DNA from: Lytechinus pictus
Lineage: Eukaryota
DNA: 64,000 bases
Direction: 5' to 3'
Assembly (NCBI RefSeq): GCF_037042905.1
Contig: NC_087252.1
Location: forward strand, 10,790,001-10,854,000
Shown: piece by piece, positions 23,828 through 37,300 of the stretch
How the letters are laid out: each line of letters starts with the position of its first letter
How positions within the stretch are numbered: the first letter of the stretch is position 1
Translations under genes and position numbers: made by a program
Notes under the pieces: generated by a model
Databases searched by the model: none
Told to the model about the DNA's origin: nothing
Seen by the model: only the letters and a program-made list of their open reading frames with translations

Positions 23828-24393
23828 CCTGCTTAATGTAAGATACATGTATTCTTCAAAGGGGTATAAGATGGTGGAAACAGTAATACATAAATAAATA
23901 TAGTAAAATCTAACCAAAAATGTACCCAATGCTGACGTCAGATATTCAATAGGGCTTTTCACAGCTCACTGCCACCCAGTGTTCAAGGCAGCTACTATGC
24001 ACATAAAATAACGTGAATTCACAAGTTCATGAAGGGACAGATGACTGCATTTAATCAAATGTCGGAATGCATACTTTTGTGAAAACTTACATGTAGGTAT
24101 GTGTTGTTATCATGCATGTAATGAGATCTAAAACCATCATCTTTATTTAGAGAGAAAACACATGGGGGGAATGAAATGCTGAGGTAAGGTCAGAATTGAG
24201 TGCATCAAATTTAAAAATCTAATAGTAAAACAAGACAAAAGAGAAAAGCAAAAACAAAAATATATAAAGAAGACATAAATTGAGATTGATTATATTTGAA
24301 TGGACTTGAACACCTGCTTATTCTTCAAAGGGGTATAAGAGGCTGGAAACAATAATACATAAAGAAATATAGTAAAATCTAACCAAAAAATGC
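23828..24393. repeat. Remainder of copy 2 plus copy 3 of the upstream tandem unit
   Basis: Resumes cctgcttaatgtaagata; the third gctgacgtcagatattc is at 23931. Confidence 0.9.
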
Positions 24394-24589
24394 TAAAATA
24401 TCATCGAAATCTGTTAGAAGATTTAGAAGATGATATAGTTATTTCATTTCGAATTTCGGTAATGTTTGGTGAAAACAATAATATGCATGTTTTCATGAAT
24501 ATTCATTATTTATGATGGCATGTCCTCCACTTTCCCCTTTTCCTTATTTTATCAATCAAAATCATAATTCTATCATATTTTCATTTTTG

Positions 24590-24760
24590 CCACTCTCCAC
24601 CCAGGTGTTAAATGTGTATCTGATAGGATTCCAAAGCCTATTTAGTATGCTTTAGAAATTGAGTCTTGGAACTCTGGCTGGATTGCTCCAAAGGGAGTGG
24701 AGAGAGTTATACATTGTGTGCGGCCATTGCAAGCATCTGGTGACTGGGGAAATTATAAGG
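24590..24760 (+). mobile_element. Decayed SINE body fragment
   Basis: ctccacccaggtgttaaatgtgtatc...gctccaaagggagtggag resembles the CCCAGGTGTATAAATGGGTACC-type SINE core; a related inverted remnant lies near 36420-36520. Confidence 0.45.
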
Positions 24761-25254
24761 TATCAGGTAAAAATTTCAGAGGTAAAAATGGCAGAGGATA
24801 GAATGACAAAGGTATTATAAGCGGAGGAAAAAATGGAAGCGGTAACAATGACAAAGGTTAATATTGCAGACAATGACAAAGTAAATATTGACGTATGAGT
24901 GAGAGAAATGGGAAAATACAAGGATTTTTTTTATGAGTTAAAATGCTACCAGTGGGACTGAGTTGATAAGGAAATAGAAACAAATTCTGGTATGTTCCTT
25001 TCGAGTTAGAATGTCTTCATTAAATTTAATTTTACACTTACTCATTTATATTTGCTTATGTATTGGAGTATCGAATGGAGTATCGATCTAGGTCATAGGC
25101 AGATCCATTGGGCCAAAACGGCCGCATCCCAAAAAAGAAAATAAAAAGAAAAGGGAAGAAGACAAAAAAAGACAAGTAAGAACAAAGAGAAAACAATTAG
25201 AAGTGGAATGAGCGCTTATTATATAAAGAACGCTTTCAAGTCAGTATTTAGAAT

Positions 25255-26300
25255 ATCTGCTCGTGCTTCGCGCTCGAATTATTGTTCATTGGATTACACA
25301 TAGCATTTTTTTTCACCAGTTGCTTAAAATTATCTTTTTAGATTAAAAGAAATAGTGCTTCGCGCTCGCACCATTTATTTAGTTAAGATCATGTTAATAG
25401 CTAAAAAGTGCATAGGATGTATGGTCGGAAAATAAAAAAACGTTCATTTCACGCTTGACTTCAATTGTTTGATCAGATACTCATTCTCGTCATGGTTTGG
25501 TTATAAAAAGTCTTCAGAATGTCAAGTTTGCAAATGGAAATTTAAAAACTAGCTTGAGCTTCGCGCTTGCATCAGCCTATCCTGTTTATGATACAAATAA
25601 TGTATAAGTGCCTTGAATGCCCAGTTTACAAATTGAAATAAAAATAAGCTCGTGGTTCGCGCTCACATCAATTGTTTTGTTAGATGCCTATCCAGTTCAT
25701 GATTACATTCCATTAAGTACACAGGTGACCAGTCACGCCAAAACCAACCATAAGTCACGAGGGAAGATCCTGTGTAAGTGGCCAAAAAAGTGATTTGTTC
25801 TTCAGAAAGTAAAAAAATGTTAATATTAACTTAGTTGAAAGATTAATTCTTCCTACAGCCAAAATTTAACGTGTTCAAGTTAAGCAAAACACGAGATAAA
25901 ATTGTCTAACACCATTTCTTTTTTTCAGACTACTTCAAAATTTAAATGAGATTTGTGGTGTGCCCATCTCAAAGCTTAATTTTCTCCTTATTATTTGAAG
26001 CTCTCAAGGAATTTCTCCCCATTCAATCAAATAATTGTGTGGGCTATTGCAGATCGATCATGAAAAGTTATATATAATTTTAAAGCTTGGGATGTGTTTT
26101 TTAATTCCAATAAAAATCTAATTCGGCTTTGGAGACTTATTGGTAGTTGTGATGTGGCAGTTCACATACATGTAGCGTGTCATGTTGTCAAGTCGAAAAA
26201 TTGAAAATTTTCAGCTTGAGCTTCCATCAAATGTTTAGTGAGATATCTATCTAGTCATGATTACAATAAGTGCCTGCAATGTCCAGTTTTCAAGTTGGAA
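25255..26300. repeat. ~95-100-bp tandem repeat with a gctcgcgcttcgcgctcgca motif, interrupted by a TIR element
   Basis: Motif variants at ~25258, 25357, 25450, 25555, 25648 and 26212. Confidence 0.65.
25724..26167. mobile_element. MITE with ~33-bp imperfect TIRs
   Basis: gtgaccagtcacgccaaaaccaaccataagtc ... gacttattggtagttgtgatgtggcagttcac. Confidence 0.6.
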
Positions 26301-26347
26301 AAAAAAAAAACACTAAAACCAGATATTAAATGCAACTGAATCTAGAC

Positions 26348-26353
26348 TTTATT
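26348..26353 (-). promoter_or_regulatory. Candidate polyadenylation signal (AATAAA) of gene 2
   Basis: tttatt at the boundary between unique AT-rich 3'UTR-like sequence and repeats; other AATAAA copies lie closer to the stop. Confidence 0.3.
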
Positions 26354-27682
26354 TCTCGAAAATAGTTTGTACAAAATACACTCTGAACACAATCAAATTT
26401 ACAATGAATAGAATCACATAGTAAGTGATTTACACACAATTGAATTAGAATATAAATAGTGAATCGTTCACATGGTTTGTTTACTAATCAAGAAATACAT
26501 GTATAGCATTTAAGATATGTTCTACAATCACTTCTAATATACAAATATATTTCATTTTTTAAGACATAAAAATAACTACTCGAAATACACTGATTGTTCA
26601 TTGAAAGACTCATTTTGAATGACACATTTATAAGGTAAAGTAAAAAAAAATCTAATAGATTTGATCGAAATGTACCATCACAACGTCAGAATTATAACCC
26701 AACACATGATTTAATTACATGTATATGTACAGTTACATCACTTGATCTACATGTATTATATAAAATATTGTTAAATCAAGGTTAAATTGAAATAATGTTC
26801 AAATGAAGGCTATTAAATACAATTTTCAAGGTGTTTTTAATATTTAAAATGGATGGAATTTAGCGAAAAGATATATAGTTTTGTTCTGCACATTGGAATG
26901 TAACAAGCCACAGTATTGTTGTTATCGTTATTTCTATTATTGTAATAAACATTTTGAAGTTTTTTTTTCTGTGATTGATGAGGAGAGTCTAATTTTGTTA
27001 TAAATCATCGTGAACATTACACTTTACATATTACTAGACTATACATTACAAATTCAAGTTAAAAATTGGAAATACAATAACTCTCAACTCTCCTAAATCT
27101 CAGCTTTATCATGTTTATGGGATTTATGTGTGTTGTTTGATGCAGATAAATGGCAGATCTAGTATAATTTATCCTCATTGGATAGTGATTGAAATAGATT
27201 GATACCGGGCAATTTTATACCTTCATCAACGTAGACGTTGCTTTTATTCCTTCCATTAAACATTTATGAACAGAATTTCATAATTACCACTGAAATATTC
27301 TTTCTATGCTAAGTGAAAAATCACACATTACCTTACTGCTGTATATGTACAATGAAAACAAATACACTCGGGTTAATGGACGGTCAAAATAACGTATACG
27401 GAATACGAAAAACTGATATCGGTGTAGAATGTAGGACGGAACAAATTTCAAAATACTTTGTACATAGTTTCAATAAATATCTTTGCATATTGATTAGGTA
27501 AAATATCAAAAGGCACAGTATATTTGATACAATTAATGACTATGTTTTAATTGAACAATGCGACAATACTATAAAGACAGTTATCATTTATTTCAGAAAT
27601 ATTATCCTACAAATTCATTTAGTATTATGATGTAAAACAGGAAAAATAATTTGATGAAGAAGTACAATCCTTCCACCTTCTG

Positions 27683-27836
27683 TATTTAAGAATCATCAAA
27701 ATTTTTTAACCATTCATGGTTCATAATCAACAATAACCATTAATATAAATTTTATTCTGCATTTAAGAATCATCAAAATTTGTTAACCATTCATGGTTCA
27801 TAATCAACAATAATCATTAATATCAATTTTATTCTG
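27683..27836. repeat. ~78-bp tandem duplication
   Basis: atttaagaatcatcaaaatt..ttaaccattcatggttcataatcaacaataa..attaatat..attttattctg occurs twice. Confidence 0.85.
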
Positions 27837-28199
27837 AGTATTGCAAGAAAATAAAGGTGAAAAGCACACAGCAATATTTACAATTCAGTATAAAAATCAA
27901 CTAATATGATAATTTCTACAACAAAGTATATTCTCAAAAGTATATATTTAATAAATTAAATATACAATTTTTAGCCAATGCCATGAACTCCCTCGAAACA
28001 GAAATGCACAAGAGTCAGATATCAAACAGATTTCTACTTAATCTTTTATTGTTCTGCATTGAGTCTGTAATTACTGCTGCCTCTCTTCAAGTCGCTTGCT
28101 GTATATGTAAATCACCCCTTGTAGAGTGAATAGAATGGCCTATATAATATATGACTCTATGGCAATTTGGCTATTCCATTATTTGAAATAGGGGAGTTT

Positions 28200-28376
28200 T
28201 TACTTTTTCTTGACCTCTTTTCGTCTGAGTTGAGTTTGTAATTGTTGCTGCCTCTCCTCGAGCAGCTTGCTGTATGAGTCGATCTTCTTAGAGAGAGCAT
28301 CTCGTTTGAGTTTGATGTCGGTCAGATTGTTCTGGGCGTCGCTCAGAAGTTTTGTTGTGCTTTTCATCAGCTTCTC
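28200..28376 (-). CDS. Gene 2 terminal exon (...[14 protein letters not shown])
   Basis: taacag| acceptor, 58 codons plus TAA. Confidence 0.87.
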   Translation of the reverse strand, partial: EKLMKSTTKLLSDAQNNLTDIKLKRDALSKKIDSYSKLLEERQQQLQTQLRRKEVKKK

Positions 28377-31300
28377 CTGTTAAAATAAAACAATGATTTC
28401 TCAATTAAATTGGAATGATAACATATCAACAGCCATGGAGAATGTTAGCAATGAGAGATAACTTCTTAATGTTATTGGACATTGGACAGTGTTTCTTGGC
28501 CCTTATCTTTATTTTGAAATCATACTTTTAACATACTGAACCAATGGAGGATTTTTTTTTCTTGTTTCATCATCTCACAAAAAAAGTTAAATGAAAACAA
28601 GAAAAAAAATCCTCCATTGGTTCCGTCTGTTAATAGTATGATTTCAAAATAGAGATAAGGGCAAAGAAACATTGATGTCCAATAACATTAAAAAGTTATC
28701 TCGCATTGCTAACATTGCAATAATTGTAGAACACTTTTCTACGATTGATTGCATTGACTACAACGTACAATCAATCATGGAAATCAAGCATACGATTAAT
28801 TGCTAACCTTTGTGGTACGGGGTCCAGATATGGTACAGTTACATAACCTGAACTTTGTGAAATCATGAAATCTACTCAGAAAATTGATCACTCTGAAGAT
28901 GGCCAACGCAAATAAGCACATGTGGGACAGTGGGATGTTATTGCTCTTGCAAGATGTATTAACAATTAAAGAATGAATTGTAATAATAAAACAAATCAAA
29001 TAACCACCAAATCTCGTATTTGTATGAATAAACATTATGTGGCACATGAATCTGGAAGAAATTGTGTAATTGCTGAGAAATGAGACACATAAGCACGGAA
29101 CTACAGCAAATAGCCGGGCCTTTTGCAAGCAATAACATTCCACTGTCCCACATGTGCTTATTTGCGTTGGCCATCTCCAGTGTGATCAATTTTCTGAGTA
29201 GATTTCATGACTTCACAAAGTTTAGGTTATGTAACTGTACCAGATCTAGACCACGTAACACAAAGGTTAGCGATTGATCGTACGCTTGATTTCCACGATT
29301 GATTGTACATTGTAGTCAATGGAATCAATCATTAATTTGTGTTATAGGCCCCTGGTCTGGTTTCACACACTTTATCATGAAATCTGTGTTAATTTCTTTC
29401 ATTTATCTTTAATACCTAAATTTTGTTTTTATTTTATATAATTGGAATAGAACATATTACTGGGATTTTAATATTCAAATCACCTTTTCTACTGGTTTTT
29501 CCTTCTCCTCTTCAGCAAGCGTCTTCTGAGAATGCAGTTCTTCACAGATAGTGCTGATGGAGTCTTGGGTCTTGACGTACTCTGTGCTGAGCTCGGCAAA
29601 CGTTGCGTTGAGTTTGTCAAGCTTGTCTGTCAGGGAGTTGACCTCATCCTGAAAAGAAAAAGGAAAATAATTTCATTATACAGGGTTCCCAGCTTTTCAA
29701 GAAAAAAAAATTCCCTGATTTTGTCCCTGATGAAGTTAAAAAATCCCCTGACAGTTATTCAAACCCATTCCCAGTTTCGCATGTTTTCCCAAGTTGTTGC
29801 AGTGAATTACATGTATTTCTAGTATAAAAACAATAATGAAAAACTAATTAGTACCACCATAACCAGTCATTCAATGGATGTTGTTTTGATATGCAACAAA
29901 ATATAACAGAGTCTGACTGACTACCGTGCATTCGACTTTTGGGCTGATCACAATTCCCTGATTTTTCCCTCATTTCAGGCATTTTCCCCTGATTTAAGGT
30001 ATTTCTTAAATCAAATTCCCTGATTTTTCCCTGACTAGAAAAAATTAAAATAATTGTCCCTGATGGGCTGGGAACCCTGTTATATTATGTGCCGATTGTG
30101 CTTATTATCATATTTCCATTATTTCATTCTCACTTCCAGGATTTCCATTATTGTTATTACTAACACAGCTCTTTTCCCCATTATCCCAAAAGTGCAACAT
30201 ATCAATTGTTTATATTCATGTGATCTAAGAACTACTAAACAGTTACAAGTATATTCTAAAAACTTTCTCAATATACTTGTACATGTAGTCAGTAATGAAG
30301 AGTGCCTAATTGTGGACGGCAAATCATTCCATTATTTTCAAGCTTAATGTGATTCATGTTTAATGCATGAAAAAAAAATCTGAAAGCAGTCTTGACAATC
30401 ATAATAAGTTCACATTCCTCTTATTATATCATTCTTGGTGTTCACTACATACAGTATTCTCAACTTTTCTACAGTAGACATGTGCATAAATCAATATGTG
30501 GAAGGATTTATGTTATGTAGCCTTCAGAAATGTTAGCATGTCTGGAGATACATAGTGCAGAATCTGCTTTCTATTCGTGGCACAGAAAACAAATGTCAAT
30601 ATTATGAGGATTTAAGTTTCACCATGCAAGGAGAAAAAAATTATTGTGTAATCTTTCTGATAATAGTTCCTAGAGGAACTGGTGATCTTGACGTAAACTG
30701 CTCTATGTCAGGAGTGAGATCAGTTATTTGAAGAACTACAATCCAAAAGATTACTAAACAGTCATTTTCAGGACTACATGTACCTTACATCATCTGATCT
30801 CACCACCATGCAAACCTTCAAAGCTCAAGCAAATGTTGACTTACCATCAAGAACTGTTTCTGCAGGTTCTTATCCTGGGCTTTGCTTGCAGCGAGTTTGA
30901 TGCGACCTCCGGCTGATTCCTTGGCAGAGGCCCCCTGGGCCACGCTCTGCCAGAGGGCTGTACCGCTCAGCTCATCAGGAAGCTGGTCAACTGTTCCTTT
31001 CATACCCTTCATCTGAAAAAAACAATTAATGAAAATGAAAACAATATATTACAGGAATTTTAAAGGAGCACACATCAACATTAGGAGTGAAAGACACTCT
31101 TGTACTACCTTAGTTAAGGTAAGCTACTGGTTTCAGTGTGCATAGCTTTAGGAGGAATTCCTTTCTGCCGGTACCCATTTTCCTCAGCGGGGTCCAGAGC
31201 AGCATTGTGTGAAGAAATTTCTTGCTGAAGGAAATCAACACTATGGCTGGCATTTGAACCCATGGCCCACTAATTGCAAGGTATGAATCAGAACCACTAG

Positions 31301-34300
31301 ATCAAAATGTTTCCAATAAAAAGAAATTGGAATATATTCCACCTGACATACAAAATTGTGGGAATATATCTGAATGAAATGTTTTCATAACGTAAAAGAC
31401 AGACACTCACAGCAGGATGTGACTTGGACGTTGCTGCCGTTCCGGTCAGTTTGGCGAGACGTCTGTCGACGTCATCACTGCTTCCGTGTTGCCGTGACAA
31501 CACCATCTTGTCTTCCACAGCTCCGAGGAAGTTCCTCATCTTATCGTTCAGACTGAAATTGCTGAAGGTGCTCATCCTGAAGAGAAACATAAAGGGGAGA
31601 ATAATTGTATTTTGGTTCAGTTTTCTGGAGACCAATTTAATTTAGGAGATGGTTTTACTGTATACTAGACATACTGTATGAAGCATACAAACCTGACACA
31701 GCCTGCGGTGTGCCTAAGAGGGAAACAACATTTGTCTCCTGTGATGACTTATGCTTCATCATCTTCATCATTATCACCACCACCATCATCATCATAAGCA
31801 TAGTTGTCTCTGCCGTCATCACCATCATCATCAACATCACTCTCATCAGCATCTTCCTCATCTCCATCGCCATCACTGTCATCAACATCATGATCATCAC
31901 TACTGTCATCATCATCATCACCACCACCACCACCATCAACATCACCGCCATCGTCATCATCACTATCACCATCACTATCTTGATCAACAACAGCTTCATC
32001 ATCATCACCATCAAATGATTTATCCTTACCTGTCTGAAAGAAGATCCTTGTTGAAGTGAACTCCATCCTCATCACTACCGTGCAGGAGCTTGACATCAAG
32101 GAGCCGCTCCACCGAGTCCTCCTTCTCCGTCTCCAGCTGTTCTCCTCGAAACATGGCATCGATTAGGGCCTGGGATTGGGCGGGGTCAAGGGGAGGCTCT
32201 TCCAGGGTACTGATGCCCTCCCCGTCCCGGTCGGAGGTGGTGTCCCGCGGCGAGTTCTTGCTTCGGTAGCGGGCAAAGAAGAGATCGTTGCAGACGACGG
32301 AGAGCGCGAGATGGAACTCGCGCAAGAAGTCAACGTTGGTGTCATCTCGCATGTCACCTATGAGTAATACGGAACATGGTCCATGCATTGAGCAACTTTA
32401 GAAACCATCACAAAACTTAACACATACACATACAAAATTTATCAGTTATCCTTGAGTGGAAACCAATCCCTGAACTTTTATGATACAGAATGGCTGGAAG
32501 GGATAGATAATTGGATCTGATAAGTTCTCGTATAGTTTTGGTACATCATATATATCAGCACTATATTCCTTATAAACGTTTACTGATAACCAAATTCTAA
32601 ACTTTGTTTTTATTTCTATAAACAGCAGCATCATTGTCTGTTTTCATGATTTGACAGATATTACTTGCGGTTATAATCATGTTAACACTGTTTCTTTCAT
32701 TGTAAATTTTGTACGTAGTCTTTGGTTATCAATGGTGGTACATTATTTGGCGCCATGTGCTGTTAGAATGACTCTAATGAGTGTTGCAAGAAACATGCTA
32801 TCAATAGCAAGTCAATTTTCTGTCCCTAAATCAATCATACTTCTTGAAATTAATTGCAAATTTTCACTCAACTGCTGGTCTACTTTTTGAAACAAGAAAT
32901 TTCAATTGATTATAAATTGTTTTTACCATGTACAATGTCATCTATGGTTGTATCATGATTTGGTCAAATAATTAACAACAATAATAATAATAATTTGTTT
33001 GCAGCACCCCCCAAGTCACACTCTATTCTTTGTCTAATACGACCATTATTGAAACAAATGTAACTATGTGATGATATCAACTGACCTGCTTTAATATGGG
33101 CGAGAGCGTGGATGATAACCAACATGAACTCCCCAACGCTACCAAGTCTCTCCTTCCTCACATACAAGATATGATTCAGATCATCATAGTGGAACGAGTT
33201 CCGGTAAGCGTTCCTCACAAGTTTCTCGTTGACTGGGATCTTCTCTGCGATGAGCAGTGCCACAGGCTTGTGGCCGCAGTGGACAGCTACGAGACGCACC
33301 ACGAAGCATCCAAAGCGGTAAGCCACGAAGCTGCGAGGTGAGAGCTTGTTGAGGTCGATCGGTACAAGCTCCTGGTCATTTGTCCATTCAGAATCATTTT
33401 TGTCGGTGAAGATTTCTGCAGGATAAACAGAAATTGAAAACACATTAAGGCCTCGATAATAAGAATTAGACTGGGAATACTATTAATAATACAAAATATA
33501 CAATTCTATTTTGGAATACTCTTCTATCTGACACACTCTCTTTGTAATGTTCATATTTTTCTTTAAATATGGCCCCTCTGAGCACAAATTAACAATCTAC
33601 ACACCTTACAAATTTAGTAATTGGATATTTAGAGCTGATTCAATGATTTTAAAGAAGTGGCTTCATATACATGTAAAAAACAAAAAATATGCAGATATTC
33701 TATTCTGATCTGGCACCATGGTAAATAATATGTGTGTCGTGTGCACGTACAAATTATAAGAAAACAATTTCCATGGAGTCAATTTTTGGCTATTAAGTAC
33801 GGCAAAGATACGTACCTTCTCCACGCTTGCGCTGTGGTAGTGTTCCATCCTCCATGGTGCGTTTGATCTCACCCAGCTTACGGTAGAGCGGTGATGCCAT
33901 GAGGAGGTTGGCCAGGTCGGCATCACTGAGGGCAGCAGCCATGGTGTAGTCCGTTGGGAAGGCTTGGTCTTGTTGGGCAGGGGCGTCCGAAAGGAGATGG
34001 TCTGATTCCACGCTGTTGCGCAGCAAGATGACCTGTTACCATGACAACATAGGAGTATTTGAAATTAAATGCTAGTTTGTACACTGACTCCTTCAATAAT
34101 GCATCCATTTTATACAATGCAGTTACTACTGGTATATCTACTGCAATTAAATGTAATGATGTCATTACCCGACTGCAGCTGACCCATCATTACAGGCACT
34201 AAAGTTTTCAAGGTGATATATTCTACTGGTACCTATTCATCTCAACTTGGTCGAGTGCGGCACAATGTGGATTGCTGGAGGAATTGATGCCTGGAATAGG

Positions 34301-37300
34301 ATTGGAACCTTGGACCCTTTCATTGAAAGTCAAGAGTCATAACCACTGAACCATGACAATGCCATAAATCATGTTGCTGTACTATGTATCTCATAGAATT
34401 CCACAATTTTTATATATTTATAATTCCTCTGCTCCTTATATGTTGGTCCGTCACTATAATCTTTTATTTCTCCAGGGCTCCGGAACACAAAGATTTGCGA
34501 TTGATGGCAAATATGAAAGAACCGCGCTGATTGGTCCCTGGTCAGTATTTTAAACCAAATGCGCGTGTAACATTGATATTGATTGATCAGTTCATTTAGC
34601 GATTGATCGCTTATCTTTGTGTTACGGAGCCCTTGTTTTTTTCACTCAAATATACTTCCTTTCTTTCTATTTCACTCTTTCCTCTTTCGTTCACTCCATC
34701 TTCTTACCTCTTCCGCCTTCATCCTCTCTTCTTCTGATTTCAGTTCTTCTTCCTTCTCCTTTATGTTCTCTTCCACTTGGCCCTGTACCTGTTCTACCTT
34801 GGCCTTTCGTCTTTCCTCCTTCCGCTTTTTGATCCTCTCCTGCAAGTAAAAAAGAAGTTCAGCATTATTGCTAAATATTACTTAAGTATCTTCAGCTTTT
34901 CATTAAGTAAAGTGGTGTTTATAAAATATTTCCAAACTTTTACAAACTCTGTTGGGTAATTGATTTGTGTATAGACTTGGATCATTAACTGAAACTTCCC
35001 TGCCAGCAGAATGGTGTGCTGAAGAATGAAAGTGTTATGCATATGAAGAGTTTAGTTGTAAAAGGGGTTAGGTCCACTTTGGACCATTCCGAGAAAATCC
35101 ATGTTTTTTATTCTCACTTATTGCAATATTCTTATGAGAACTAAATTGTCATGATGTACTACCCTATCATGTGAACATAAAATTGGGTATAAAAGAAATC
35201 TACCTGTCTTCAATTTTTTTTTATACATTAAAAAAAATTTATCATTGTGGACCTAACCCCTTTTGCAACTAAACTGAAATGAATCCAATCTCTTTGGATC
35301 AAAAAAGTGATTTTTCTTTGCCACTTTCATTCACGTTTTCATTTGAATTTCAAATTTTCTTTCGTATCATCAGAGTGACTAGAAATTTAGAGGTTTAGAG
35401 ACAGAAAACAGTAAAATTTATGAAAAATGGACCTAACCCCTTTTGACAAATGAGTTCTTCAGAAGAGTTTTGTTGCAAAAGGGGTTAGGTCCACTCCAAG
35501 AAAATCATTTTTTTTATTCTCCCATATTGCTATATTCTTATGCGAAACTTAATTTTCATGATACTCTTCCATGAGATTATGAAATTGGGTATAAAAGAAA
35601 TCTACCTTTCTTCATATTTTTTATGATATTCTTTTCCAAAATAATTCTGCGTAGACCTAACCCCTTTTGCAACTAAACTGAAATGGACCTAACCCCTTTA
35701 AAAAAAAAAAAGGCTTTTCTTTGCCATTTTAGTTCACTTTTTAATAGGAATTTCAACTTTTCTTTGGTATCATCTTATAGAGCTACTAAAAATCTATACA
35801 TTGAGACATAAAAATCAAAAAATTGACCTAACCCCTTTTGCAAGCGAGCTCTTCATATACTGTAGTTGGAATAAACTTCTGAATATACTTGAGTAGTTCA
35901 GAAACTTCAGAAAAGATTTTATCAACAGTAGTTTGCTGTCTACGTATTCATCGATCCTTCTAGATGTATTTGCCTAATATCTATCTGTCTATCTATCCAT
36001 CCATCCATCCATCCATCCATCCATCCATCCATCCATCCATCCATCCATCCATCCATCCATCCATCCATCCATCCATCCATCCATCCATCCATCCATCCAT
36101 CCATCCATCCATCCGTCTATCTATCCATCTATCCATCCATCCATCTATCCCTACCTCTAATTCACTCTGCATTCTCAGTCTGTCCGCATCCATTTGATTT
36201 TGCACTTTCTGTAGATCTCTCTCAAACTCAGCAAGAATCTTGTCTTGATCTTCCTGACTTGCTCCTTGCTCCTTCAGAGCCGCTAATTTCTCCTAAAAAC
36301 CCAAGAAAAAGAGAAATTTGTTTATAGCAGAGAAAATAATAAACTCATTACTTAATATTTCTAACCCCTGTACATACATTATTATTTTGATAATTTGATC
36401 CATCATCTTTCCACACATAAAGAGTACCATCTCCACTCCCTGGGGAGTATGCCAATCTAATGATATAGATGTTTGCATGTTTGCATCAACAGGTACATAT
36501 ATAACACCTGCATAGCAAATGTTGATAGGAGTATTAGTGTGTCTTCTTTTTGTAACGCCTTGATGATTCATTCATATTTAGTTTATATTCATTAGATAGT
36601 GTGCATTAGAAGTACTTATCATTGATATTATTTACTATTGTTAACTGATGTCTGTTAAAAAAAAATGTGTAAAAAGACCAACAACAAAAACTCACTTCTT
36701 GTTTCTTCTTCTTGTCTTTGATGAGTTGTTCCTTCCTTTTGTTGAGAGCGTTGATTCTCTTTCCATTCTTCTCTCTATCTTTCTTCTCTTCATCCGATAG
36801 CTTGCCTTCATATTCCTCCAATTCTCGAGCCATCTTCTTCTTCTCATTCTCCTCAAATTCTAGAGGTCCAAAGTGAAATGTTATACATATTGTTAGAGGA
36901 AATAAGGGTAAATTGCCAATTTGTCTACTGCCAACTCATCTACTCACAACATGGTCTACCTTCATTTAGTCTAATGCCATTCCGTCTATCAAAATTCCGT
37001 CTAACAACCATTTGATCCAATAATCATTTGGTCCAATCATCACTTTATCTAATCACCATATCATCTATGACTATTTCGTCTCATAACCAGTTGATCTAAT
37101 ATCCATTTCATTTTCATTCATTTTGCACAATTAACACTTAGTCCAATTAGACCAAATGGTATATGGACTAATCGCTATTGGACCAACTGGTTATTAGACG
37201 AAATGGTGAGTGGACGAATTTGGCAATTAAACCATGTGGATAGTGAACAAACTGATGGTAGACTAAATGAAAGTAGACGAGTTGGCAATTGGACGAATTG

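Noticed and set aside
31655..32059. His-rich, Asp-rich or Met-rich proteins (similarly 35964-36205, 49074-49509, 51822-52392, 20573-22433)
   Set aside because: These ORFs are translations of microsatellites or CT/GA tracts in introns or inside a transposon, open in several frames at once.
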